Assembly: GCA_044345405.1 (NCBI GenBank)
Contig: JBIJBE010000014.1
Coordinates: 1-64,000 of the forward strand
Reading direction: 5' to 3'
Length of the DNA: 64,000 nt
From: Bdellovibrionota bacterium
GTDB taxonomy: Bacteria; Bdellovibrionota_C; UBA2361; OMII01
Position 1 is the first letter of the stretch. Every line of letters begins with the position of its first letter. The position numbers and the translations under genes are program-made. Under the pieces are notes generated by a model. It saw only the letters and a program-made list of their open reading frames with translations, searched no databases and was not told the origin of the DNA. This document shows, one piece after another, positions 10,253 through 19,032 of this stretch.

Positions 10253-10567
10253 TTACTTCGAGTTGCGCTTGTTCGCCCTGGCACGCTCGAATCCAGCCTG
10301 AAGGGCCTTCTTGAGCCGTGGGGGCACTGATAAGGAGTCGGGGTCTTCAAGGTTGACGGGCAGCCCCGCCTTTAACCGACCCGAAACCCACCTCGTGAGA
10401 AGTCGCTCAAAGCTGCCGGTCCTCGTCGACACGTAACGCGAGAACGCGTCCACGAGGTCTGTCGATCCGGTTTTTTGACGGGAGAACTCGCTCTCGCCCG
10501 AGTAGTCGGGCCTCCGGGGGTCTGTCACATCGACTTCGATGTAGATCTCAGATACTTCTCGTACCAT
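10253..10567 (-). CDS. Hypothetical protein
   Basis: 104-aa ORF with ATG start and GGAG upstream, followed by a terminator. Confidence 0.6.
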   Translation of the reverse strand: MVREVSEIYIEVDVTDPRRPDYSGESEFSRQKTGSTDLVDAFSRYVSTRTGSFERLLTRWVSGRLKAGLPVNLEDPDSLSVPPRLKKALQAGFERARANKRNSK

Positions 10568-10871
10568 GGTAGAGAACTCCGTTTCTTTAAGAGAGAACCA
10601 ACTGGGGTGGAAAACCTTTTCCCACCATCCATCCCTTCCTGTTTTGTTGTGTAAGCGTCTAGTGGCTTACAGGCACGCGGAAGAGGTCGATGGTGTTAGG
10701 TGATCGAGCGCTTCGTGGCTAAGCTCACGAGAGCTGAGGATGAAAAGCACAGCAAGATCACTGTTGTGGTTACCCGTAACCTGGAAGTTGAAAGAGCGTA
10801 GAAGCGCTCGACACTCTAAACCAAAACTAGGTGGATTAAAATGAAAAATGTAGGGGATGGGTAGTTCGCCG

Positions 10872-11615
10872 CTACGCTGATGCCTGGTCACGTTTGAAAA
10901 AGCGCATGAGACTACCTAGGATTCCCCGAGAGGGCTCGCGGGCGATCGGAGAGGCCGCGGTAAGAACGGTGTCGTGTCGCGTGGCTGGATCTCGCTCCGA
11001 CAGCATGATCTCCCGCCGAAGCTTGAAGTAGGTCAGGGTGATCTCCTCACAGGCGGTTCGTAGCTCGAGATGTTGAGCGGGGGTCTCGCCCCTATGGTAC
11101 AGGACGTGAGCGCCAAAGACGAGTGCTGCCTCCATAGGGTCAGCTGGCTGTAGGCGAATGCCGGGTTCGACCCTTACCTTGGAGAGGGCGCGGTAGGCTT
11201 CCCACGCGTCGCGAGCCGCGGTCGCTTCGACAAAGAGCTCTATGGGATAGGTGCGCCGATGAGAGAGTGGGGGCCGATTAACCGTCGCCCAAGAATCGAG
11301 CGCGAGAAGGGTGGCGTCTGAGAACAGGTGTCTCCCAGTTGTCCGCTCGCTTAGGGAGTTAAGTGCACGGAGGGCCTCCTGGTCGGTCATTCCGCTCGGC
11401 ACCGTGATGGATGAACGGGTCTCCGTTTCGACTAATGATTTGACGATCTCCGCTCCCGCTCGAGCGAACTTCAGTTCAGCGACTATCTCCCTCGCTGGCG
11501 AGAGAGAGGTGCTGTTGTTGACAGACAATGGATCGTCCGGAATGGAGATAGGTGCGTCGTCGCCGACGATGCGGAGGACCGGACGGGAGTTGTCAGGTTG
11601 CCTGGATAGACCCAT
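10872..11615 (-). CDS. Hypothetical protein
   Basis: 247-aa ORF; Pro-rich N-terminus and amphipathic-looking C-terminus; no family recognised. Confidence 0.65.
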   Translation of the reverse strand: MGLSRQPDNSRPVLRIVGDDAPISIPDDPLSVNNSTSLSPAREIVAELKFARAGAEIVKSLVETETRSSITVPSGMTDQEALRALNSLSERTTGRHLFSDATLLALDSWATVNRPPLSHRRTYPIELFVEATAARDAWEAYRALSKVRVEPGIRLQPADPMEAALVFGAHVLYHRGETPAQHLELRTACEEITLTYFKLRREIMLSERDPATRHDTVLTAASPIAREPSRGILGSLMRFFKRDQASA

Positions 11616-11814
11616 AGGGTGGCATGGTACAACAATTCGCGATGCTATGACGTGGCATCGGCCATTTTTCCACTAAAAGTGTAAAATAGAGGGGTTGCGG
11701 CGTCTCACATGTAGTAAGTTCTTCCCCGTCTTTTCGACCCTCTTCCTCCCTCTCTGCCCCTTGATCCTCATCATCGTCCTCAGATGCAGAGGGCCGCCCC
11801 GGGACGGCTCGTCG

Positions 11815-12795
11815 CTAGAGCCCCAGAACGCGCTCCGCATGGGACATGATTCCGCGGACCTCATCCGGACCGGTAAAGAGAAGGACGCGGATCGGGTTCG
11901 TCCCATCCATGAATTCAAGGATTCGACTCACCGTTCCGACGACCTCTTTTGTTCCTTGAAGAACAACAGGACTCCCGGACATCCCTCCGATCTCAGCAAT
12001 ATCCCGCAGAAAGGCCCGAGGAATCTTCAGGCCGAAGAGAAGGTGTTGTCGGGGGGGCGACTCCACGAAGGGAACCGAGGGAGTGATGACATACGGTAGT
12101 CGGAAGGGAGTGCCCACGAATTTGAAGAGATCGGATCCGAAGCCGACCACCTCGACGGACCGCGAACAGAGGTTTGCGTTCCTCACTGAGGTGTCCGCGA
12201 GTCGACCCCGGGGCGGTTGGGTGCGATCGCCTCTATTGCCCCTAATCTCCTTCGCGCTCATCACTCCCACGTCATAGTGCCAATCATACACCGCTTTCTC
12301 CTCGATCTGCCACGCCGCACCACGAAAGACGTGCTCGTTTGAAAGGTACATCTCACGTTGCGTGACCCCTGTTCCTACGGTGAGAAGCACACCGGAACCG
12401 TGCGATGGATGGATGTCGGGGTCGGAGTAGGTCGGGTTTCTAATGGTTGGCATCTCGACCCTGGTTCTCGTGCGCCACCGATCCATCCACCCTGATCGGT
12501 CGAGAAACGAAAGGGTTTTAAGGTGCAGTGTTCCATCGCTCTCCACGAAGATCTTTGAGGTGCAGGTCGGGGGCACACCTTCGCTATATCGAGTCGCCTT
12601 GCACGAGGGTGCATCGCGTAGGTACTCGATATCCTCGCCGCATCGCAGCTCTGGCGCGCTATAGGAAGAGCGTTGTGTGGGAGTTTCCTGTGCTGCGGTT
12701 CGGAATGTGCTCCCCGAGAATGAAGCCGCGCTTAAGCTCAATAGCCCCGACAGGTACTCGCGTCTGGTAATTGATGAAGTGAGTGTGTGTGTCAT
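11815..12795 (-). CDS. Divergent trypsin-like serine protease with Tat-like signal
   Basis: TRREYLSG signal; motifs SNEHVF, YDVGV, GMSGSPV; GGAGG RBS. Confidence 0.7.
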   Translation of the reverse strand: MTHTLTSSITRREYLSGLLSLSAASFSGSTFRTAAQETPTQRSSYSAPELRCGEDIEYLRDAPSCKATRYSEGVPPTCTSKIFVESDGTLHLKTLSFLDRSGWMDRWRTRTRVEMPTIRNPTYSDPDIHPSHGSGVLLTVGTGVTQREMYLSNEHVFRGAAWQIEEKAVYDWHYDVGVMSAKEIRGNRGDRTQPPRGRLADTSVRNANLCSRSVEVVGFGSDLFKFVGTPFRLPYVITPSVPFVESPPRQHLLFGLKIPRAFLRDIAEIGGMSGSPVVLQGTKEVVGTVSRILEFMDGTNPIRVLLFTGPDEVRGIMSHAERVLGL

Positions 12796-13063
12796 GTTCC
12801 CTCCGTGGATTCTCGCGTGGTAAAGGCGGACGGCGTCCTACGAGTGCCACTAAATGACGCCCATTGCATCAAAAAAGCGCAGGAGCGGATCTCACTGGTA
12901 TGGATCGGTCTCTTTGAGTTGGATTGTTTGGCGTGACGCAGGACTCACGCGACGCACCTAATTCCACTGAAAGTAGAAAAAAGAGCCGTTGGTAACGACT
13001 GAGTAAGATAGGGTTCTCCGGTATTGTAGAATGCCGGTGCATTCTTGACGGAGGAGCCACAGA

Positions 13064-14689
13064 TTGGCGATGTTTGATGCGCTTTTTGGTAACGGGGGTA
13101 ACGAAGTGGTTGAGAAAAGGGTAACGAACTCGGACGGTGAACGGAGCCAAGGGGCACGGGAAACTTCGCGATGGGAAGCTGCGCTCTCGATCCCTTCGCG
13201 CGGAGCGGCGTTCCGAAACATTGAGCATCTTATCGGACCCGAGAAAAATGGGGGCGCATTCCAGGAATCAGCGCTCAACTCGTCGAAAGGTGTCGCGAGC
13301 ACGTTGACCACCCTTTTTCGTCAGATCTCTCCCTACAGAATCCTCACTCCGGCTGAAGAACGACAGGTAACACGAGCGATTCAATCGAGTCGGCAGGAGT
13401 TGCTGGAGGGCTTGTTCTCGTTCCTGCCGGTCGCTCGGGAGGCGGTCGCTCTTCTTCGGGAGGCGACATCGGAGGGGGTTAGCTTTCATCATTCCCGAAT
13501 CTTGCATGTCAGCACAATCGACTCAGCGGCGGAGAAGCATGCCATTGTGGCCATAGCCAAGCGCAATCTTAAGACTATTGACGTGCTGATGAGTCGCTGC
13601 GACGAGCGATGGTTGACGAATGACGGGATGAGAGCGTCGGAGGCTCGGCGCACGGATATCGTCGCAAGCCTTATGAGCGACCGACAAAAGATCGCGACGC
13701 TCTTATCTGAGATAGCGATTCGTCCGGCGTTCCTCGCGGATTTTCTCTCTCAATTTGGAGGGCACGTCGCGACAGCGCGCGCCTTGTATGAGAGCGCTGA
13801 TGAGGGCCTAGATCCCAAGAAGCGAGGCGAGAGCGCGGCCGCGCTCAAGGACCACCTCGAAGCGTCACAGGAGAGCTACGAGACCTTGCTTGAGAGATGG
13901 GATAGAGCATCCCGTGCGCACAGCGACTTCCAGGTCGCGAAAGAGATACTCACCACTCGAAATGTTCGGCTCGCTATTTCCGAAGCTAAAAGATTCGCGA
14001 ACAGGGGGATAGCGCTGGAGGATCTGATTCAAGAGGCGATCAGCGGCCTCATTACCGCCGTTGATAAGTTCGACCCGGGGCGAGGGTGTCGGTTTAGCAC
14101 CTACGCGACGCCGTGGATCCGACAGGCGATGCTTCGATCTATCGATCACACCGCGCGTACGGTACGGATGCCCGGGCCAGTGCTTGGCGCTATTCGAAAA
14201 ATTGAGGACTTTCGCCAAGATTTTCGAGGGCGGCACGGACGCAATCCAAGCCCTGACGAGATAGCGGAGGGCCTGAAAGGAAAGAGCCCACATGTGCCCG
14301 TTACAGCGGCCTTTGTATGGAACACCCAGGTGGTATCACAGCCGATAATGTCCCTAGAAAGTCGGGATGTAGATAATGTGACCGGGGTGAACATGAGGGG
14401 ATCTATTATGGATACTCGCGAGTCCACGACGCGTGAAGTGGAGGATAGGAGCGAGGATGAGCGACGAAAGAGCGAGGTCGATCGGGTGCTGTCTAAAAAT
14501 CTCGATGAGAGACAGTGCCGAATTATTCGTTGGAGGTATGGGCTCGACGGAGATGAGCCGAGAACCCTTGAGGCGATTGGAGATCTCCTCTGTATTACGA
14601 AGGAACGAGTTCGGCAGATTGAGTTGAAGGCCATGGAGATTCTTGAGGCGTCGGAGTTGGAGGCAGTGCATAAGCGGGGGAGAGAGTAG
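13064..14689 (+). CDS. Divergent RpoD-like sigma-70 factor
   Basis: Region 2 (DLIQE...AVDKFD...FSTYATPWIRQA) and region 4 (TLEAIG...TKERVRQIE); long non-conserved region; no acidic region 1.1. Confidence 0.9.
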   Translation: MAMFDALFGNGGNEVVEKRVTNSDGERSQGARETSRWEAALSIPSRGAAFRNIEHLIGPEKNGGAFQESALNSSKGVASTLTTLFRQISPYRILTPAEERQVTRAIQSSRQELLEGLFSFLPVAREAVALLREATSEGVSFHHSRILHVSTIDSAAEKHAIVAIAKRNLKTIDVLMSRCDERWLTNDGMRASEARRTDIVASLMSDRQKIATLLSEIAIRPAFLADFLSQFGGHVATARALYESADEGLDPKKRGESAAALKDHLEASQESYETLLERWDRASRAHSDFQVAKEILTTRNVRLAISEAKRFANRGIALEDLIQEAISGLITAVDKFDPGRGCRFSTYATPWIRQAMLRSIDHTARTVRMPGPVLGAIRKIEDFRQDFRGRHGRNPSPDEIAEGLKGKSPHVPVTAAFVWNTQVVSQPIMSLESRDVDNVTGVNMRGSIMDTRESTTREVEDRSEDERRKSEVDRVLSKNLDERQCRIIRWRYGLDGDEPRTLEAIGDLLCITKERVRQIELKAMEILEASELEAVHKRGRE

Positions 14690-14746
14690 CGGCGCGGCCC
14701 ATCGTGCGAACCAGAGATCCGGGAGCGGCTGTGTTCAAAATCAATA

Positions 14747-15691
14747 TTAAATTGATTGGAATTGAGCGTTATCTCTGAGCATAGCGTTTAGGATAATGAT
14801 TGTTTTCCGCATAGCCGCGACCAAGGCTACCTTGGCAGCCTTTCCCCGGAGTCTAAGGCTTTGATAGTAGGACTTAATGTTTGGGTTGCATCGAATAGCG
14901 GTAAGAGCGCACATGTAGAGCGCGGACCGCACGGCACATCTCCCTCCCCAGATCCTTCGTTTGCCTCTACAAGAGGTGCCACTGTCATCGGCAAACGGAG
15001 CAACTCCAACAAGAGCCGCTATGTGTGATTTGGAGAGAGTTCCTAACTCTGGGAGGAACGCGATGAGAGCTGCGGCAGAGAGCTCTCCGACCCCTTTAAA
15101 GCCCCTGAGAAGAGAGAGTTTTGAGCCGAACTGAGAAGACTGCGACAGTTGCTTAATCTCAGCCTCAAGAGCCTGTCGTTCCTGGGTAAGCCATTTGATG
15201 TGACGTTTAAGGGAACGGATAAGCATCTTATCCTGAATGTCTCCGAGACGATTTTGCTCCTGGGTAATCATGCGTACGATGTCATTTCTTCGCGCCACAA
15301 GAGAGCGAAGCGCTTCAAGCTCCTTGCTGGGAGCTGGAGTGGGAGCAACCTCTACGGTCAGAGCGTAACGAGCAATGATACGGGCATCGATAGAGTCGGT
15401 CTTCGCAAGCTGTCCGACCCCTTTGGCGAAGTCTCTGATTCGTTTGGGATTAACTATGGCTATCGGTATCGAGAGCTCTGTTGCCACCCGAAAGAGGACC
15501 GCATGGTACTTCCCGGTCGACTCTACAACGAGGAACAGCTTGGGAAGCTCCTCCTGTAGTTTTAGCAACTTGGCTTTGATTGCTTGAGCCGTATTGCTGA
15601 TTCGAAACAAACGGCTATCCCTTCCAACGCAGCAATCAAGCTGAGCCTTTGAGACATCGATTCCTATCACATCACTTTCCGTGGTATTCAT
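14747..15691 (-). CDS. IS110 recombinase/transposase
   Basis: RuvC-like DEDD residues (GIDVSK, VESTG, KTDSIDA); Tnp domain serine in APFADDSG; AAGGAG RBS. Confidence 0.95.
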   Translation of the reverse strand: MNTTESDVIGIDVSKAQLDCCVGRDSRLFRISNTAQAIKAKLLKLQEELPKLFLVVESTGKYHAVLFRVATELSIPIAIVNPKRIRDFAKGVGQLAKTDSIDARIIARYALTVEVAPTPAPSKELEALRSLVARRNDIVRMITQEQNRLGDIQDKMLIRSLKRHIKWLTQERQALEAEIKQLSQSSQFGSKLSLLRGFKGVGELSAAALIAFLPELGTLSKSHIAALVGVAPFADDSGTSCRGKRRIWGGRCAVRSALYMCALTAIRCNPNIKSYYQSLRLRGKAAKVALVAAMRKTIIILNAMLRDNAQFQSI

Positions 15692-15719
15692 AGAACTCCT
15701 TGTAGGTGGTCCGGTCTGA

Positions 15720-15915
15720 GGGAGCTCGTCCTTGTACCAATACGAACTGTGGATATTACCTTATCCCGTTCAGGCGGCTGTTCGAGCTTTATCAGAAAGA
15801 ACCGAGGAGGCGTTCCTTGCTCCCATGCGCGTTTAAGCTAGGGCGGTCTCGAACTGCCTCCTCGGTGGACCCCTCTTTCTGCCTCTTCTCTCAAAGCTAC
15901 AAAATTAGGGTCACT
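15720..15915 (-). ncRNA. Bridge RNA of the IS110 element (ends approximate)
   Basis: Target loop closed by the 15856-15866/15801-15811 stem carries guides GACCGCCCU and GGGAG. Donor loop closed by the 15783-15788/15723-15728 stem carries guides ACAGCCGC and UACAAG. All match the actual flanks and junction. Confidence 0.88.
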
Positions 15916-15928
15916 ACCAACATACAAG

Positions 15929-15948
15929 GGCGGTCGTTCCCGACCGCC
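15929..15948. repeat. REP-like palindrome interrupted by the IS110
   Basis: GGCGGTCG-TTCC-CGACCGCC hairpin. Joined with GGGAG at 14721-14725 it resembles the copies at 40340 and 40406. Confidence 0.8.
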
Positions 15949-16071
15949 GTGTTAGGGCCCGTAGAGAAGGTCTTTCTCGATACGCGACATTTCCGGCGAC
16001 CGGCATGTTCCGAGTAGCGTCGAGGGAGGCCGATCACCCTCCCTGGTCGCGCACACGAGATTTTTACCAAC

Positions 16072-16100
16072 AAAAAAACCCCAGAGATCGCTCCCTGAGG
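16072..16100 (-). terminator. Intrinsic terminator of metK
   Basis: CCTCAGGGA-gcga-TCTCTGGGG followed by T7 on the minus strand. Confidence 0.75.
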
Positions 16101-16127
16101 CTTCCTTGCGCGCATGCGTTGAAGCGC

Positions 16128-17303
16128 TTACTTGATCGCCGCCTTGAGAGCGTCGACCTTATCTGTTCGCTCCCAGGAGAAGCTACCATCAGCGCCGGCC
16201 TCACGACCGAAGTGGCCGTAGGTGGAGGTCGCGCGATAGATAGGCTTCAAGAGGTCAAGGGAACGGATAATTCCGCGAGGTGTGAGATCGAAGACCTCTT
16301 GTACCGCGCTGGATATCTTCGATTCGGGAACCGTTCCTGTGCCGAATGTGTTCACGTACACCGAGACTGGCTTCGCGACTCCGATCGCGTAGGCTACCTG
16401 AACTTCGCACTTTCGCGCGAGGCCAGCCGCTACAACGTTCTTGGCGATGTAACGAGCGGCGTATGCCGCCGAGCGGTCCACCTTTGAGGGATCCTTTCCT
16501 GAGAAAGCTCCTCCTCCGTGACGAGCGTATCCACCGTAGGTGTCGACGATGATCTTTCGACCAGTGAGACCGCAATCACCAACTGGTCCACCGATAACGA
16601 ATCGACCAGTAGGATTGATGAGGTAGCGTGTTTTTGGCGTGAGGTAGGTGTCAGGGATTACCTTCTTTACGATCTTCTCAACGACGTACTCCTCTACATC
16701 TTTCAAGGAAACGCTCTCCGCGTGTTGCGTTGAGATAACGACGGTATCAACCGCGTGAGGACGTCCATCTCGATATTCCACCGTCACTTGGCTCTTCGCG
16801 TCGGGCTTCAGGAAACTCGATTTGTCTGAGTGCCGGGCCTTGGCGAGCGCCTTCACTAATTGGTGCGAGAGAGAGATCGGGAGGGGCATCAGCTCTGGGG
16901 TTTCATCGCACGCGAATCCGAACATGAGACCTTGATCGCCGGCGCCTTGTTCCTTGTAGAGTCCCTCGTGATCGTTGACACCCATACTGATGTCCGGGGA
17001 TTGCTGACTAATGAAGGTCATCACTGAGCAGCTCTGCGCGTCGAAGCCGAGCGCTGGGTCGTTGTAGCCGATATCGTGAATCACTGAGCGGGCGAGCTTC
17101 TCGTAGTTTACGTTTTGGGATGATGTAATTTCGCCGGCGAGGATCACCACGTCGTTTTTGACGAGGGTCTCGCACGCGACGCGCGCCGCCGGATCGTTCT
17201 TGAGGAAGGCGTCCAACATCGCGTCGCTTAATTGGTCCGCGACCTTGTCTGGATGTCCTTCGGAGACTGACTCGGAGGTGAAGAGGTATTGTTCTGTGGC
17301 CAC
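16128..17303 (-). CDS. metK: S-adenosylmethionine synthetase
   Basis: [28 protein letters not shown] motifs. Confidence 0.98.
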   Translation of the reverse strand: MATEQYLFTSESVSEGHPDKVADQLSDAMLDAFLKNDPAARVACETLVKNDVVILAGEITSSQNVNYEKLARSVIHDIGYNDPALGFDAQSCSVMTFISQQSPDISMGVNDHEGLYKEQGAGDQGLMFGFACDETPELMPLPISLSHQLVKALAKARHSDKSSFLKPDAKSQVTVEYRDGRPHAVDTVVISTQHAESVSLKDVEEYVVEKIVKKVIPDTYLTPKTRYLINPTGRFVIGGPVGDCGLTGRKIIVDTYGGYARHGGGAFSGKDPSKVDRSAAYAARYIAKNVVAAGLARKCEVQVAYAIGVAKPVSVYVNTFGTGTVPESKISSAVQEVFDLTPRGIIRSLDLLKPIYRATSTYGHFGREAGADGSFSWERTDKVDALKAAIK

Positions 17304-17425
17304 GTTGCGGGGTCCTTCGTTGAAAATAATCGATTGCCGAGCAGGATAGAACGGTGGTGGGGAGCGGGCAAGGGAGAAGTGATGAGGGCTGTGTTAGGGC
17401 AGACTGGGGGATAGGCAACCGCTCC

Positions 17426-18319
17426 TCAGATGTCGCGGTGCTTAACGCTTACCAAGTAGTGTTCCGTATCGGCCCGTTTGGCGAGCGCCTCCGCTATCGC
17501 GACCGAGCGATGTTTGCCGCCGGTGCACCCTATCCCGACGTTAAGGTATGCCTTCCCCTCTCCCTGGTACCGGGGCAGGAGGAACGCCAGGAGATTCGAA
17601 TATCGATCGACGAACTCGGAAGCCTCGGGGGTTCCAAATACATACTCCCGAACCGCCGGGTCTCGGCCGTCCTGTTGTCGAAGCTCCTCAACGAAATGGG
17701 GGTTTCGAAGAAAGCGAACATCCACCACGAGGTCGCAATCGAGGGGAATTCCGTGTTTGAACCCAAAGGAGAGGAAGTTAATCCGCATGCTCGATCGTCC
17801 GACCGATCCCAGGGAATCCAAGAACTGCCGGAGCTCGCGACGCAGGGCGTGGATGTTGAACGTGGAGGTGTCTATGAGGAAATCTGCCGCTTCCTTAATG
17901 GGTTGGAGACGCGTTCGTTCACGGGCGATAGTGTCCCTGAGGGTGGTGTCCTTAGCCGCGTCAAAGCCTGGGTGCGGGCGTCGCGTTTCGCTGTAGCGGC
18001 GGACTATCGACTGATCGTCCGCGTCTAGAAAGATGACCTTTAGATTTTCAGGGCGGTTTCCCTTGCTCTCAATAATGGAGAGGAGTTGTACGCGGCTCTC
18101 CCGTGAGTCGACGTCGATGAGTAGAGCCGTGTTTCTATATCGGGCGACAGTCGCCTTTGAGAGATCGAAAAACTGACCGAGAAGAGGAACTGGAAGGTTG
18201 TCGACTACATAGTACCCACTGTCCGCGAGCAGGGCCATGGCGGAGGATTTTCCAGCGCCAGAGAGCCCTGTCACGATGATCAGTGAGTTAATGTGGTCAA
18301 ATCGAAGCGGGGGGTTCAA
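17426..18319 (-). CDS. rapZ: RNase adaptor / P-loop protein RapZ
   Basis: GLSGAGKS, VDNLP, SFGFKHG, GCTGGKHRSV motifs. Confidence 0.95.
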   Translation of the reverse strand: MNPPLRFDHINSLIIVTGLSGAGKSSAMALLADSGYYVVDNLPVPLLGQFFDLSKATVARYRNTALLIDVDSRESRVQLLSIIESKGNRPENLKVIFLDADDQSIVRRYSETRRPHPGFDAAKDTTLRDTIARERTRLQPIKEAADFLIDTSTFNIHALRRELRQFLDSLGSVGRSSMRINFLSFGFKHGIPLDCDLVVDVRFLRNPHFVEELRQQDGRDPAVREYVFGTPEASEFVDRYSNLLAFLLPRYQGEGKAYLNVGIGCTGGKHRSVAIAEALAKRADTEHYLVSVKHRDI

Positions 18320-18630
18320 TGGTGTTTCGTTACCTTCTCTTTATGTTTGCGAAGTTGCTGCGAGAGCGCGTCGGTCAACTTGTCTATCGACGCGTAGAGA
18401 CTATCACTCTCCTCTTTCACAATGAAGTCATGACCTGAAAGGTGCATGGAGATTTCAGCGATCTGTCGGGTCTTCTCAACCTTGAGAACAACGTGGGCAT
18501 CCGTGTCGGCGTGAGCGAACTTTTGCACGCAGTGTTTTACCTTCTCAGTGGCGTACTGCTTGATCGCGTCGGTCGAGTCGATATTAAGAAAGGCGATGCT
18601 TACGTTGATTACTTTTGCTGAGTCAACCAT
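18316..18630 (-). CDS. hpf: Ribosome hibernation promoting factor (short form)
   Basis: TDAIKQYATEK and SLYASID motifs; downstream of rpoN. Confidence 0.9.
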   Translation of the reverse strand: MVDSAKVINVSIAFLNIDSTDAIKQYATEKVKHCVQKFAHADTDAHVVLKVEKTRQIAEISMHLSGHDFIVKEESDSLYASIDKLTDALSQQLRKHKEKVTKHH

Positions 18631-19032
18631 ACGGTCTCCGTTTATACACTACACGTTAGTAAAAACTTTCGCACCCTCACGCGCATCGGTGGTGAGGGAA
18701 AGACGTGCTAGGCAACCGACGCATTCGAAAATCGAAGCTCGGGCCGCGACGTGCATCCACATAAGCAGGTTATCCACCCTAGATTGTGAAAGTAAAGAGC
18801 AAAGTGGGACGGTGGTAGCGCGTTTTGTTTGTTCGCTCCGTCGAGATGGTGATGGTGTCCCCATGGTGTCGCCTTCACAGGAGTATTCGGAAGGTTTCGA
18901 GGTGAACATGAACGTTTGAGCCTAATAGGATGGATTAGTGAGTGGTAATGTATTTTGCTGAGTAGAACGGGCTACTTTCCTATGCCCAATGGGGCTCCTC
19001 TCTCCTCAGAGAGTTTCGTAGAGACCCCATTT

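Larger units (their letters stand above)
14724..15928 (-). mobile_element. Complete IS110-family (IS621-like) insertion sequence
   Basis: Bounded by CT cores (AG on + at 14724-14725 and 15927-15928); long non-coding left end, short right end, no TIRs. Removing it restores a palindromic repeat. Confidence 0.92.

Noticed and set aside
16090-16103. 14-bp identity GCTCCCTGAGGCTT shared with the tkt terminator (54639-54652)
   Set aside because: Both are ordinary terminator stems; too short to call a repeat family.
17304-17425. SAM riboswitch upstream of metK
   Set aside because: No recognisable SAM-I or SAM-II consensus seen by eye.
18752-18778. DnaA-box-like sequences (TTATCCACC, GCATCCACA)
   Set aside because: Both are imperfect and only two occur, with no AT-rich unwinding region or origin-linked genes.
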